Translations under genes and position numbers: made by a program | Source of the DNA: Candidatus Pacearchaeota archaeon | GTDB lineage: Archaea > Nanobdellota > Nanobdellia > Pacearchaeales > GW2011-AR1 | Direction: 5' to 3' | NCBI GenBank assembly: GCA_041660485.1 | Contig: JBAZWF010000001.1 | Location: 346,224-410,223, forward strand | Length of the DNA: 64,000 nt | Part shown: positions 35,588 to 45,320 of the stretch, piece after piece | How the letters are laid out: every line of letters starts with the position of its first letter | Position numbering within the stretch: the stretch's first letter is position 1 | Notes under the pieces: generated by a model | Seen by the model: the letters and a program-made list of their open reading frames with translations, nothing else | What the model was told of the DNA's origin: nothing | The model's database searches: none

Positions 35588-37038
35588 TGACAGAAAAAAA
35601 AGACATTGGAATCACTGCAAAAAAAGAAGAAGATATGCCTGAATGGTATTCACAAGTTTGTTTAAAATCAGAACTTGCAGATTACGGTGTAACAAAAGGA
35701 ACAATGGTAATACGTCCAAATGGATATGCTATATGGCAGAAAATTCAAGATTATTTCAATGAAAAAATTGTAAAAAAAACAAATGCTCGAAATGCATATT
35801 TTCCACTATTTATTCCAGAATCATTTTTTAAAAAAGAAACAGAACATGCAAAAGGATTTACCCCTGAAGTTGCATGGATTGATACAAAAGTAACTGGTGA
35901 AGGAGAAAGACTTGCAATACGTCCAACATCAGAAACAATAATGTATGATTCTTATTCTAAATGGATTCGTTCATACAAAGACTTACCTTTAAAAATTAAT
36001 CAATGGTGCAATGTTGTCCGATGGGAAACTCAAGCTACAAAACTTTTTCTAAGGTCAAGAGAATTTTTATGGCAAGAAGGCCATTGTGTCTATGAAACTG
36101 AAAAAGAATGTAAAGAAGATACAATAAATTACATTAAATTATATTCAAAATTATGTGAAGAATTATTAGCCTTGCCAGTTATAGTTGGAATGAAAACAGA
36201 AAAAGAAAAGTTTGCAGGAGCAAAAACAACATATACAATTGAAGCATTTATGCCAGATGGAAAAGGACTTCAATGTGGAACTTCTCATGAATTAGGGCAG
36301 GGTTTTGCAAAGGCATTTAAAATTTCATATTTAGGAAAAGATGAAAAACCAAATACTCCGTGGCAAAATTCCTGGGGAATTTCAACACGATTAATTGGAG
36401 CATTAGTAATGACTCACAGTGATAATAAAGGACTTGTCCTTCCTCCAAATATAGCAGAAAATAAAATAGTAATAATCCCAATTATAAAAGGAAATGAAAA
36501 AGAAATTGAAAAGATTTTAAAAGAAGCTGAAAAAATCAAAAAAGAACTTCAGTATTTCAATCCAATTCTTGATGAAAGAAAAGAATATACTCCGGGCTGG
36601 AAATATAATGAATGGGAAATGAAAGGAATTCCAATTAGAATTGAAATAGGACCAAAAGATTTAGAGAAAAAATCTGTTATATTAGTAAGAAGAGATAATG
36701 GGGAGAAAAAATCAATTAAAACGGCTGTATTAAAAAAAGAAATTGAAAAAGAATTAAATGAAATACAAAATTTATTATTTATAAAAGCAAAAAAATATTT
36801 AGAAAGTCAAATTGTATCTGCTAAAAATATGCAAGAACTGATAAAAAATATTAGTCAAAAAAAATTAGTAAAAGTAAATTTCTGCAGTCAAGAACCATGT
36901 GAAGAAAATATAAAAGAAAAAACAGGCGGAGCTTCTTCTAGAGTTATTCCTTTTGATTCAAAAGTTTCAAAAGATGCAAAATGTATTTATTGTGGAAAGC
37001 CAGCTAAGATTGAAGTTTACTTTGCAAAAAGCTATTAA
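35587..37038 (+). CDS. proS: prolyl-tRNA synthetase (archaeal type)
   Basis: Class II motifs, an N-terminal PEWYSQV...VKG..VIRP.GYAIW, and a C-terminal zinc-type domain ending in Y. Confidence 0.88.
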   Translation: MTEKKDIGITAKKEEDMPEWYSQVCLKSELADYGVTKGTMVIRPNGYAIWQKIQDYFNEKIVKKTNARNAYFPLFIPESFFKKETEHAKGFTPEVAWIDTKVTGEGERLAIRPTSETIMYDSYSKWIRSYKDLPLKINQWCNVVRWETQATKLFLRSREFLWQEGHCVYETEKECKEDTINYIKLYSKLCEELLALPVIVGMKTEKEKFAGAKTTYTIEAFMPDGKGLQCGTSHELGQGFAKAFKISYLGKDEKPNTPWQNSWGISTRLIGALVMTHSDNKGLVLPPNIAENKIVIIPIIKGNEKEIEKILKEAEKIKKELQYFNPILDERKEYTPGWKYNEWEMKGIPIRIEIGPKDLEKKSVILVRRDNGEKKSIKTAVLKKEIEKELNEIQNLLFIKAKKYLESQIVSAKNMQELIKNISQKKLVKVNFCSQEPCEENIKEKTGGASSRVIPFDSKVSKDAKCIYCGKPAKIEVYFAKSY

Positions 37039-37087
37039 TTTAGGAAAGCTTCCACTAGCTATATTAATTTTTCACTTTAATTTATTT

Positions 37088-37252
37088 TTATACTTCTTCA
37101 AAAGTTAAACCATAAACCCTTGGAAATAATTCATCTCGCAATACATTTGATGCATCCATCACTTCCTGGTCATGCGTAAAGCCCCTTCCATCTTCATTGA
37201 TGAAAATAGGCTGAAGCAAGTCATATGGCTTTTCTATTTCATGTTGTGTCAT
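37088..37252 (-). CDS. hypothetical small protein (start at MTQHEIEK preferred)
   Basis: The longer track ORF reads through a triplicated 15-bp repeat. The ATG at 37252 has GGAG 9-10 nt upstream. Confidence 0.35.
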   Translation of the reverse strand: MTQHEIEKPYDLLQPIFINEDGRGFTHDQEVMDASNVLRDELFPRVYGLTFEEV

Positions 37253-37294
37253 TTTATTTTTTCTCCATTTATTTTTTCTCCATTTATTTTTTCT
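37250..37294 (-). repeat. three tandem 15-bp units, each carrying an SD-like GGAG plus an ATG
   Basis: Minus strand reads AGAAAAAATAAATGG x2 then AGAAAAAATAAAATG. The first two ATGs open 4-codon ORFs (MEKK-stop). Confidence 0.7.
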
Positions 37295-37547
37295 CAAGAA
37301 ATAATCAGAATTTTCCAACCTAAATTAGTGTTATGTAAGATTTAATTCAGGTTAGAAAATGTTTGTCTGAATTAAATCAAGAGAATCGATTTAGCAACTA
37401 AATTAGCTCTATTACATTTCACTTTATTCATATGTGCTATTCTAGTTTGCATTTATTATTATATCTCAATAAGTATATATACTTTTCGATTGTTGAGAAA
37501 AAATATGAATTAGATATGTTTATTAATCTCATTTTTTTCAATTTTTT

Positions 37548-38609
37548 ATGTTAAGCAAAGAACAATGTGAAGAAATTAAAGAACATCTTAATGCAAGCCA
37601 AAATCCAGTTTTCTTTTTTGACAATGACTGTGATGGCCTAATGGCATTTGTACTTATGAGAAGGTATATTGGACGAGGTAAAGGTGTTGCAATAAAATCT
37701 TTCCCAGAACTTGATAAGACTTATGTAAGAAAAGTTGAAGAATTTAATTCAGATTATATTTTCATTTTAGATAAGCCTCAAGTATCCCAAGAATTTATTG
37801 AAGAAATTCAAAGCAAAAATATTCCAATTGTATGGGTTGACCATCACGATGTAGAAATGAATTTTAAGGATAAAAATTTATTTTACTATAATCCTGCAAA
37901 AAATAAAAATAAATCAAATGAACCAACAAGCTATCTTGCATATAAAATTACTGGAAATAAAGAAGATATGTGGTTAGCAATGGTGGGATGTATAGCAGAT
38001 AATTTTATGCCCGAATTTTATAAAGAGAACTTTTCAAAATATCCTGAATTATTCAAAAAAATTTCTAGTTCAGCTTTTGAAGTTTTATATGAAACTGAAT
38101 TTGGAAAATTAATAATGATGATAAATTTTGCACTTAAAGATAGAACAAGTAATGTTGTTTCAATGATTAATCTTTTAGTTAAAATAAAATCGCCTTTTGA
38201 AATATTAAAAGAAGATGATAAAAATTATATGATAAATCAAAGATATAAATATATACAAAATTTCTATACAAATCTTCTTGAAAAAGCAAAGAAGATTGCA
38301 AGAACTTCAAATAAAATTGTATTTTTTCAATATGGTGGCGAATTCAGTATAAGTGCAGATTTAGCAAATGAGCTGTCCTATTGTTTTCCAGGTAAAGTTA
38401 TTATTGTTGCATATTTAAAAGGTTCAATTGCAAATATTTCTATAAGGGGTAAAAACATAAGAACAATAACAATTAATGCAGTTAAAACAATTGAAGGAGC
38501 AACAGGCGGTGGCCATGAAAATGCAACAGGTGCAAAAATGAGTAGTGGTGATCTCTCTAAATTCAGAGAATTCTTTGAAAAAGAAATAAGAAAAAATTAT
38601 AAAAAATAA
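37548..38609 (+). CDS. DHH/DHHA1 phosphoesterase (RecJ/NrnA-like)
   Basis: Motifs DNDCDG, VWVDHHD and GGGHENATGA. Confidence 0.7.
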   Translation: MLSKEQCEEIKEHLNASQNPVFFFDNDCDGLMAFVLMRRYIGRGKGVAIKSFPELDKTYVRKVEEFNSDYIFILDKPQVSQEFIEEIQSKNIPIVWVDHHDVEMNFKDKNLFYYNPAKNKNKSNEPTSYLAYKITGNKEDMWLAMVGCIADNFMPEFYKENFSKYPELFKKISSSAFEVLYETEFGKLIMMINFALKDRTSNVVSMINLLVKIKSPFEILKEDDKNYMINQRYKYIQNFYTNLLEKAKKIARTSNKIVFFQYGGEFSISADLANELSYCFPGKVIIVAYLKGSIANISIRGKNIRTITINAVKTIEGATGGGHENATGAKMSSGDLSKFREFFEKEIRKNYKK

Positions 38610-38621
38610 AAAAACAGGCAA

Positions 38622-39353
38622 TTACTTTAATTCATAAACTGCCTGTACATTTGCAGTAATTGTAAGTGCTTGAGGTGAAATCTTTGTAGATGCAGATTTC
38701 ATTTCAGCAGAACTTGCACCCATAGCCCGATTGTCATAAGCCATGTAAGGCATGTAATTATAATTGCTTGTACTTATTGAAATTAATCTTCCTATTGTTC
38801 CTCCAGAGCCTCTTGCAACTGCTTCAGCCTTGTTTCTTGCATCACGAGTAGCATTTTCAATTGCTTGTGCTTTAAGTTCATTTTCTTTCTGAACACTTAC
38901 TTCAAAATTAATATAGCTTATAATTGCTCCTGCATCAACAGCTTTGTCAATAACAGTTCCTGCAAAATTATATTCTTTAAGTTTAACTTTTAACTGATTT
39001 GTTGCCTTATATCCTTTCAAAGTCTGCTGTCCATTATTCCAATCATAATCTGGATAGATATTATATGAAATTGTTTCTATATCTTCATCCTTTAAATTCA
39101 AATTTTTTAATGCAGACATTACTTTTTCACTTATTAAAGAATTTGCAGTTTTTGCATCATCTGCACTTTTATTAGTTGTTTCAATAGTAATATAAATTGA
39201 AACAAATTCAGGTGAAGCAGTTAACTCAGAATTTCCATCAACACTTATCTGTGATTTTTGCCCAGGAGCAATTGTATTTGTATAAACATATGCCCCAACA
39301 GCTAAAAATGCCACCACAAGAATCACAATAATTGCATTTTTTCCTAGATCCAT
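38622..39353 (-). CDS. SIMPL (DUF541) domain protein, membrane-anchored
   Basis: N-terminal TM helix and the typical SIMPL layout (ISVDGNSELTASPE...). Confidence 0.55.
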   Translation of the reverse strand: MDLGKNAIIVILVVAFLAVGAYVYTNTIAPGQKSQISVDGNSELTASPEFVSIYITIETTNKSADDAKTANSLISEKVMSALKNLNLKDEDIETISYNIYPDYDWNNGQQTLKGYKATNQLKVKLKEYNFAGTVIDKAVDAGAIISYINFEVSVQKENELKAQAIENATRDARNKAEAVARGSGGTIGRLISISTSNYNYMPYMAYDNRAMGASSAEMKSASTKISPQALTITANVQAVYELK

Positions 39354-39363
39354 TTTTACCTCC

Positions 39364-39954
39364 TTATAATTTTCTCCAGTTTAATATCATATAAATCATT
39401 AGAGCAAAAATTCCTCCAAGTAAAAACCAAAGCCAGATTTCAGGCATTATATTAATTAAACTTCCAGCTGAAGTAGTCATACTTGCAGGTGCAGAGCCAG
39501 CAGAAATGCAATCTGAACCTGCAGTACAATCTGAACCTACAATCTCAAGTGCTTTTGTCTGAAAATTTGTAGAAATATTGCTTGTATAAAGTTTTAATAA
39601 AAATGCACCTATTCCAGTTGCAAGCAATGCAGAAATAATTCCAGTAGTATTAGAAGAATTTTTAGGTGAAATTAAAATTGATTTTTTTGCAACCCTATAA
39701 ATTAAAACCTTTTTCCCTTTAACACTCCAAAAGTAATTCTTAGTTGTTTCAATAAGTCCACATTCAACAAGTTTTTTTATATTATAATTAACAGTATTTG
39801 CAGGGATATTCAATTTCTGGGCAATTTCAGTTTCACTTGATTCATTATCTGCTAAAAACTCAAGAATTTTTTTAGAAGTTTTATTTGAGAGAACATCTGC
39901 TAAAACAGATAGTTTATCATCATCAAGCGACACTACAACATATTTTTTATTCAT
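39364..39954 (-). CDS. winged-helix (ArsR-like) regulator with C-terminal TM segments
   Basis: HTH ILEFLADNESSETEIAQKLNIPANTVNYNIKKLVECGLIE, followed by two hydrophobic helices. Confidence 0.55.
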   Translation of the reverse strand: MNKKYVVVSLDDDKLSVLADVLSNKTSKKILEFLADNESSETEIAQKLNIPANTVNYNIKKLVECGLIETTKNYFWSVKGKKVLIYRVAKKSILISPKNSSNTTGIISALLATGIGAFLLKLYTSNISTNFQTKALEIVGSDCTAGSDCISAGSAPASMTTSAGSLINIMPEIWLWFLLGGIFALMIYMILNWRKL

Positions 39955-40080
39955 GATTATATAATAAAAAACCTATATTTAAATCGTTTGATAGGTTCAA
40001 GAGAGATTGAAGCTAATCTTTTTCTGTTATATAGTATAGAAAACCAATATATTTTTAAAGCAAGATGAAATATTATTAAC

Positions 40081-40269
40081 ATGAATAAATGGGTTGAAAT
40101 CCTCTTAGGATTAATCTTGGTTTTAGGTGCAGTATTCCTTGTTTTTGGAAATATGACACCGACCTGGGCACAAGCTACTTGGGTAGTACTAAAGGGCGGA
40201 ATCGTATGGGGAGTTTTCTTTGTAGGTTTATTATTCCTTATGCTAGGAATAAGTGACTTGAAAGGATAA
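40081..40269 (+). CDS. small two-TM membrane protein
   Basis: 62 aa with a clean hydrophobic pattern. Preferred over the overlapping antisense ORF 39957-40289. Confidence 0.4.
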   Translation: MNKWVEILLGLILVLGAVFLVFGNMTPTWAQATWVVLKGGIVWGVFFVGLLFLMLGISDLKG

Positions 40270-40416
40270 AATAATAAGAATGCAAACAAATTAATTTTAT
40301 ATTTTTTTAATTTTATAATTTTATATTTGTTAAAGGTTTTAATGAGTTTAGAGAATAATACAACTTTACCAAATCTTACATCATTTTAGTAAAGCATTAT
40401 CAGTTTAAGTTATTTG

Positions 40417-40850
40417 TATAGATTATAATAAACTACTATCTATCAAAAAAACAATGGGCCACCGCACCATAAATGGTGCGGTTTGTGACAGGCCCTTGTT
40501 TTTAGATTCCCAAAAAAATTCGCATAAACAAGCAACCGCAACATAAATATTGCGGATTTTTTTTAGGATTAATAAAAAGTTTAGATTCAACATTTCAAGA
40601 TAATATAATAAGGAATTTTGCTTGGCAAAATTCCCAATCAAAGAGCCGAGCCGAGAAATTTTGCAAGGGCTAATTAAATATACTCGCGAGCGAAGTTTCG
40701 AGTAGAAGCGAAGCGATATTAATTAAACATACCATATCTTTGCCTAACTTTAAGTTGTTTAAATATAGATTAATTAGTTTACACAAATTTCAATCAAACA
40801 ATATCTTTAGATGCCACATTTCCAAATAATATAATATCTAGCATAGCTAG
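40417..40850 (+). other. array of promoter-like TAGAT/AT-rich boxes, each followed by a hairpin (candidate small RNA genes)
   Basis: Boxes at 40417-40433, 40501-40520, 40580-40611 and 40806-40836. Hairpins at 40456-40495 (followed by TTGTTTTT), 40536-40555 (followed by T8), 40612-40634 and 40838-40850. Confidence 0.35.
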
Positions 40851-40901
40851 CAATCTTATCACCACACAAATCTATTAAAATCTCGTAATAAATATTAATT
40901 T

Positions 40902-42026
40902 ATGGAAGAGGTACAAAAGCCAGTATTTAATAAAACTCAATTTATAGGAAGCTCGCCTCCTGAAATATTTGTTGGCAAATATGATTATCCTCACATTTAT
41001 ACCGGAATATTAGCCCCAATACAAAGCGGAGATACAGATGAATTTTCAAATCCAGAAACCTGGTTTAGAAAAAGAGCAACAATTCAGCAAGTCTTAGATT
41101 ATAGAAAAAATTTAATTTATTCGCGTTTTAAAACAGATATAAAAAAAGTTAGAGTTGAAAGCAAACTTCATACTGCCCTAAATCAAGTAGCAATGGCTAG
41201 TAAATCTGTAAATGCAGAGTTTATTCTTAATCGAGCTCCTTCTTTTAACCCAATTAAAGAAAATTCTGTCCCACTAATTGGCAATCCTGCCCCTTTAAAA
41301 AATATAAACATTCAAGAAAATCCAAAAATAGAAAAAAAAGTTGACTATCTTGTAAATGATAGTTATATAAAAGCAAATCAAGGAATCAAAGAGCTATATC
41401 AAAATAAAATTCAAATAAGCAACATTGTCAAAATTCTTTCAGCAGGATTATTGGGGATGAAGAAACAAAGAAAAATGGTTCCAACAAAATGGGCAATAAC
41501 TGCAGTAGATGATTCTATTTCAAAGGAAATGTTAAAAAAAATAAAACTATTTCCAGAAATTAACGAATTCCAACTTTTCCATAGCGAATATCTTGGAAAT
41601 CATTATGAAATTCTCCTGCTCCCCGATAAATTTTCATTTGAAGTAATAGAAATGGCTATGAAATACCCGGGAGTCTGGCATGATTATGAAGGATTTTTCC
41701 CAAGAAAAGAATATGCTTCAAGTGTTACAGGAGCTTATTATGCAAATCGTCTTGCTTTAAGTGAATATTTAACAAAAATTCATCGTCAGGCATCTGCAAT
41801 TTTCTTCCGTGAAGTTCGCCCAGAATATACTTCCCCATTAGGTGTAGGTATTTTAAGGGAAGTAACTCGTTCAGCATTTCAAAGTCAGCCAGAAAAATAT
41901 TCAACACTTAATGAAGCACTTCAATCAATTCAAACTCGTCTTCAGCTTCCAATATCTCAATTCACAGACAAATCAATTATCTTAAAAGAGCGAGGCAAAC
42001 AAAAACGGCTAAATCAATGGTTTTAA
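40902..42026 (+). CDS. nreA: Nre-family DNA repair protein (DUF650/DUF651) with a C-terminal PCNA-interacting (PIP) box
   Basis: N-terminal SSPPEIFVGKYDYPHIYTGILAP. The C-terminal QKRLNQWF fits the PIP consensus Qxx[LIM]xx[FYW][FYW]. Confidence 0.6.
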   Translation: MEEVQKPVFNKTQFIGSSPPEIFVGKYDYPHIYTGILAPIQSGDTDEFSNPETWFRKRATIQQVLDYRKNLIYSRFKTDIKKVRVESKLHTALNQVAMASKSVNAEFILNRAPSFNPIKENSVPLIGNPAPLKNINIQENPKIEKKVDYLVNDSYIKANQGIKELYQNKIQISNIVKILSAGLLGMKKQRKMVPTKWAITAVDDSISKEMLKKIKLFPEINEFQLFHSEYLGNHYEILLLPDKFSFEVIEMAMKYPGVWHDYEGFFPRKEYASSVTGAYYANRLALSEYLTKIHRQASAIFFREVRPEYTSPLGVGILREVTRSAFQSQPEKYSTLNEALQSIQTRLQLPISQFTDKSIILKERGKQKRLNQWF

Positions 42027-42166
42027 ATTAATTTTTAATGTTATAGTGAATTATAATAATTTAATTAATTATCTATCAAATACTCGAAAATTTATGCAAA
42101 TAAATTTTTCAACTCTACCAATTATCTAATATCCACAATTTTTGCTTTGCAAAAATTGTTTTCAAT

Positions 42167-42919
42167 TTACTTCACAAAAAAAATCAGCCCTGTCTCAATA
42201 ATTGCAGCTATAACAAGCAGAGGAACAATAACAAAAATAAAGATACGTATTGACTCGCGGAAATAATTCTTAAATGTTAAAGCTGGAGTTTTGCTAAATG
42301 CAAAAGTTCCAAACTTAACTCCTAAAGCAATTGCAATTATCACAGCAGGTAATTCAAATATTCCATGAGGAAAAAGTTTCCATAAAACAAGAATACCAGA
42401 AGCACCAATAGATTTCTCTGAAATAAATCCTAAAACATAACCATTAGATAATGCAGTTAATAATGGAAAAAGTCCAAAAAAACATCCAGAAATAATTGAT
42501 ATAAAAGCAACTGAACAATTATTTGAAAAAATAAACCAAAGCATATCAAAAAATCCAAAACCTTTTGTATTTTCAACTAACTCTTCAACCATTTTTTTAA
42601 CTAAATCAACAATATAATCTGGTTGATATAAAAATCCAACAATTAATGCCCCAATAAATAAAATAATAACTAATAAAATAAAATATTTCAAAGACTTTAA
42701 AAATTTCCAGCTTTTTGAATAATTTTTTCTTTCCGAATTAATAAAATAAGCTAAACCAAAAAAATAAGCAGTTGCAAAACCAATAATTTTAAGTGAAATA
42801 AGTAATACAAATTTATCTCCTGTGATATTACCATAAAACGAGCTAAATAACATTATAATGAGCCCTAATAAAGAAAAAAGTATTAATAATCTTCTTTTAA
42901 CATTTTTAATCTTTTTCAT
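42167..42919 (-). CDS. SpoIIM-like (DUF95) membrane protein
   Basis: FPHGIFELPAVIIAIALG signature and multiple TM helices. Confidence 0.55.
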   Translation of the reverse strand: MKKIKNVKRRLLILFSLLGLIIMLFSSFYGNITGDKFVLLISLKIIGFATAYFFGLAYFINSERKNYSKSWKFLKSLKYFILLVIILFIGALIVGFLYQPDYIVDLVKKMVEELVENTKGFGFFDMLWFIFSNNCSVAFISIISGCFFGLFPLLTALSNGYVLGFISEKSIGASGILVLWKLFPHGIFELPAVIIAIALGVKFGTFAFSKTPALTFKNYFRESIRIFIFVIVPLLVIAAIIETGLIFFVK

Positions 42920-43785
42920 TGGATATACCTATTAAGCAATTTAACTTTTTTTGCATATTTAATTCTTAAATAAAATCCAAAAACTAATCCTGCTATAAAT
43001 CCTCCAAAGTGTGCCATATTTCCAATTGGTAATGTAACAAACAAACCTACAATTACTAAAGGCAATATAGCTACAATAGGAATAATCCAAAATGGAATTT
43101 TCAATGGCAATGCAATTTTTAAGAGTTTAGGATTAAAAGAAAATATTGCAAATAAAGAAATAAACATATAAATTTGTACAAAGAAACTGATTATTCCAAA
43201 TACTGATGAATCTGCAATTAAAGTATTAAAAACTGCTTCTGCAATAATCGCTAAAAGCGGTCCTACAATCAAATAAACTTTTGCTCTAGGCGTTAACACT
43301 GCAAGCACTCCTAAAAGTCCAAAAATTGCTCCAGAAGCTCCAACTCCTGCAACATTCGGATCTCCAAATATTTTCATTCCTAAATCACTATTTCCAAACA
43401 TAACTGAAAGCAAAGCAAAAAATAATCCTGCAAATAATCCTGCAATTATATAAAACCATAAATACCTTTTTCTGCCAATTAATTTTTCAACAAATCTTCC
43501 AATAAAATATAAAGAAAACATATTAAAAAATAAATGTGCAAACCCTGCATGCATAAACATACTAGTTAAAAATGTCCAGAGATATTTACCCTGTAAAACA
43601 TATGCAGGTGTTAAAGTAATATACTTTACAAAAGCTGGATTAAAAATAAAGACAATTGAAAGTATAACAAAAATAAGGACATTAATAAAAATAAGCCAAG
43701 TTGTAATGCTAATGCTCTTAATAAATGAAGAAAATAAATTTCTTCCTAAATTTCTATGGGTATAACGCCTTAATTGATTATCCAT
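42916..43785 (-). CDS. rhomboid family intramembrane serine protease
   Basis: HAGFAHLFFNM (H..xxxN), GASGAIFGL (GxSG) and AHFGGFIAG. Confidence 0.8.
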   Translation of the reverse strand: MDNQLRRYTHRNLGRNLFSSFIKSISITTWLIFINVLIFVILSIVFIFNPAFVKYITLTPAYVLQGKYLWTFLTSMFMHAGFAHLFFNMFSLYFIGRFVEKLIGRKRYLWFYIIAGLFAGLFFALLSVMFGNSDLGMKIFGDPNVAGVGASGAIFGLLGVLAVLTPRAKVYLIVGPLLAIIAEAVFNTLIADSSVFGIISFFVQIYMFISLFAIFSFNPKLLKIALPLKIPFWIIPIVAILPLVIVGLFVTLPIGNMAHFGGFIAGLVFGFYLRIKYAKKVKLLNRYIQ

Positions 43786-43812
43786 ATTTTAAAGAATATT
43801 TTTTGTTTTAAA

Positions 43813-44517
43813 TTACTTTGCTTTCTTGCCTTTTTTCTTACTAACTGGCTTTTTAACTTTTTTTGCAGTAGGTTTTTTAACTTTCTTATTTTTTGTAGCA
43901 GTCTTTTTTCTTTCTATTTGGGCAAGTCTTCTTTTCTCTGCTTTTTCCTTTTCTAATTTTTTCTTATCACTTTCCATTTTCTTAACTCTTTTATCTTCAA
44001 CAATATCTAATTCTTTATTAATTTCCTCAAGCTGTCTTTTCAAACGATTTATATTTGAGCTAATTTCACTTATTGATTTTTTATTATCGTTTAAAACATA
44101 AACTTCTCCGCATTCTGGGCAGAGAAAATTATTCAATAATGCATTTTCTTCGCTAACTTCTGCACTGCATGAAGGACATATATAAAATCTTTTCATTTCA
44201 CGCACTTTAAGCTGCCCTTCTAATTGATTTATCTGTTCAACAATATTTTTCTGTAAAATTAAAAGAGCTTTATCAGTATTAAATGTCCAAAAATAAGTAT
44301 ACCATCCTTTTTTCCTATCTTTTTTTCTTACAAATGAAACAAGTCCTTCATCAGAAAGTTTATATAAAATATTTCTTGTCTGATTAATAGTTAAATTTAA
44401 TTTTTTCGCAATTAGAAATTCATTAACATTTTTCTTATCAAAAAGTAAATTTACTATCGGGCCGGTGTTTTTTCCAGCAACCATAGTTGCTACGTCCCTC
44501 ATAAGGTCTATTTTCAT
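43813..44517 (-). CDS. tfe: transcription factor E (TFE alpha) with a Lys-rich tail
   Basis: N-terminal winged helix (EFLIAKKLNLTINQTRNILYKLSDEGLV...KKGWYTYFW). Zinc ribbon CPSC...CPECG. Confidence 0.75.
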   Translation of the reverse strand: MKIDLMRDVATMVAGKNTGPIVNLLFDKKNVNEFLIAKKLNLTINQTRNILYKLSDEGLVSFVRKKDRKKGWYTYFWTFNTDKALLILQKNIVEQINQLEGQLKVREMKRFYICPSCSAEVSEENALLNNFLCPECGEVYVLNDNKKSISEISSNINRLKRQLEEINKELDIVEDKRVKKMESDKKKLEKEKAEKRRLAQIERKKTATKNKKVKKPTAKKVKKPVSKKKGKKAK

Positions 44518-44629
44518 TTTTTTATTACAAATACATAGATTAATATAGTTTTCTATAGCCCAATTTAGAAAGTGTTACTATTAAAAAATGAAACTAAACA
44601 TATAAATAGAAAATTTCAAAATTAAGATA

Positions 44630-45319
44630 ATGGGTTTTTTCAAAAAAAGTAGTGAAAAAAAAGAAGACATGTCTAAATTGCCAGGGCTTCCACCTTTACC
44701 AGAAGAATCTATTAAAACTACTTATCCTCCTGAAAAAGCTTTTCAACCAGAACAGAGAAAAAATTTCACTCTTCCTTCTTTTCCAGACTCTAATTTTGGT
44801 CAAAAAATGAATCAAGAAACAATTAAAGGAGCAATTACAGAAAAAAATAATGAAGAAAAACCAATTGGAGGATACATACCTCCTCAAAAAGCAAAAACTC
44901 AAGAAATTAGCGATATTAAATCAGTAAGGTCGCTTCAACCTTCGGAATTTGAAATGCGAGAAATGAAGCCAAGAACAATGGAAATCTCAGATTGGAGTCA
45001 AAATAAACCTCAACAATCTGAATGGGTTCCAAGCAGACTGCAAAAATCTCAGCAAATGCCTATTCAAAAATATGAAACTCAAAGAGAATTTCAAAAAATA
45101 AAAAAAGCAGAACCCCTATTTATTAAACTTGAAAAATTCGAAAGTACAATTTCTACATTTAATGAAATAAAAATGAAAATATCAGAAATTGAATCCCTTT
45201 TAAGAAATATTCGTGAAATAAAGTTAAAAGAAGAAAAAGAATTAAGTGATTGGGAAAAAGAAATAGAAATGATTAAGGCTCGTTTAGACCAAATTGATCG
45301 TGAAGTTTTCAAAATCTAA
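44630..45319 (+). CDS. hypothetical protein (Pro/Gln-rich N-terminus, coiled-coil C-terminus)
   Basis: 229-aa ORF. Confidence 0.4.
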   Translation: MGFFKKSSEKKEDMSKLPGLPPLPEESIKTTYPPEKAFQPEQRKNFTLPSFPDSNFGQKMNQETIKGAITEKNNEEKPIGGYIPPQKAKTQEISDIKSVRSLQPSEFEMREMKPRTMEISDWSQNKPQQSEWVPSRLQKSQQMPIQKYETQREFQKIKKAEPLFIKLEKFESTISTFNEIKMKISEIESLLRNIREIKLKEEKELSDWEKEIEMIKARLDQIDREVFKI

Positions 45320-45320
45320 A

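Noticed and set aside
39957-40289. 110-aa minus-strand ORF overlapping the 62-aa plus-strand ORF 40081-40269.
   Set aside because: The composition looks non-protein-like (Pro/Thr/Lys runs). The plus-strand ORF encodes a clean two-helix membrane protein. Both calls remain low confidence.
40423-40641. 72-aa minus-strand ORF inside the long noncoding region.
   Set aside because: It runs across the GC-rich hairpins and T/A tracts, has an implausible sequence, and has no ribosome-binding site. The region is better explained as structured noncoding DNA or RNA.
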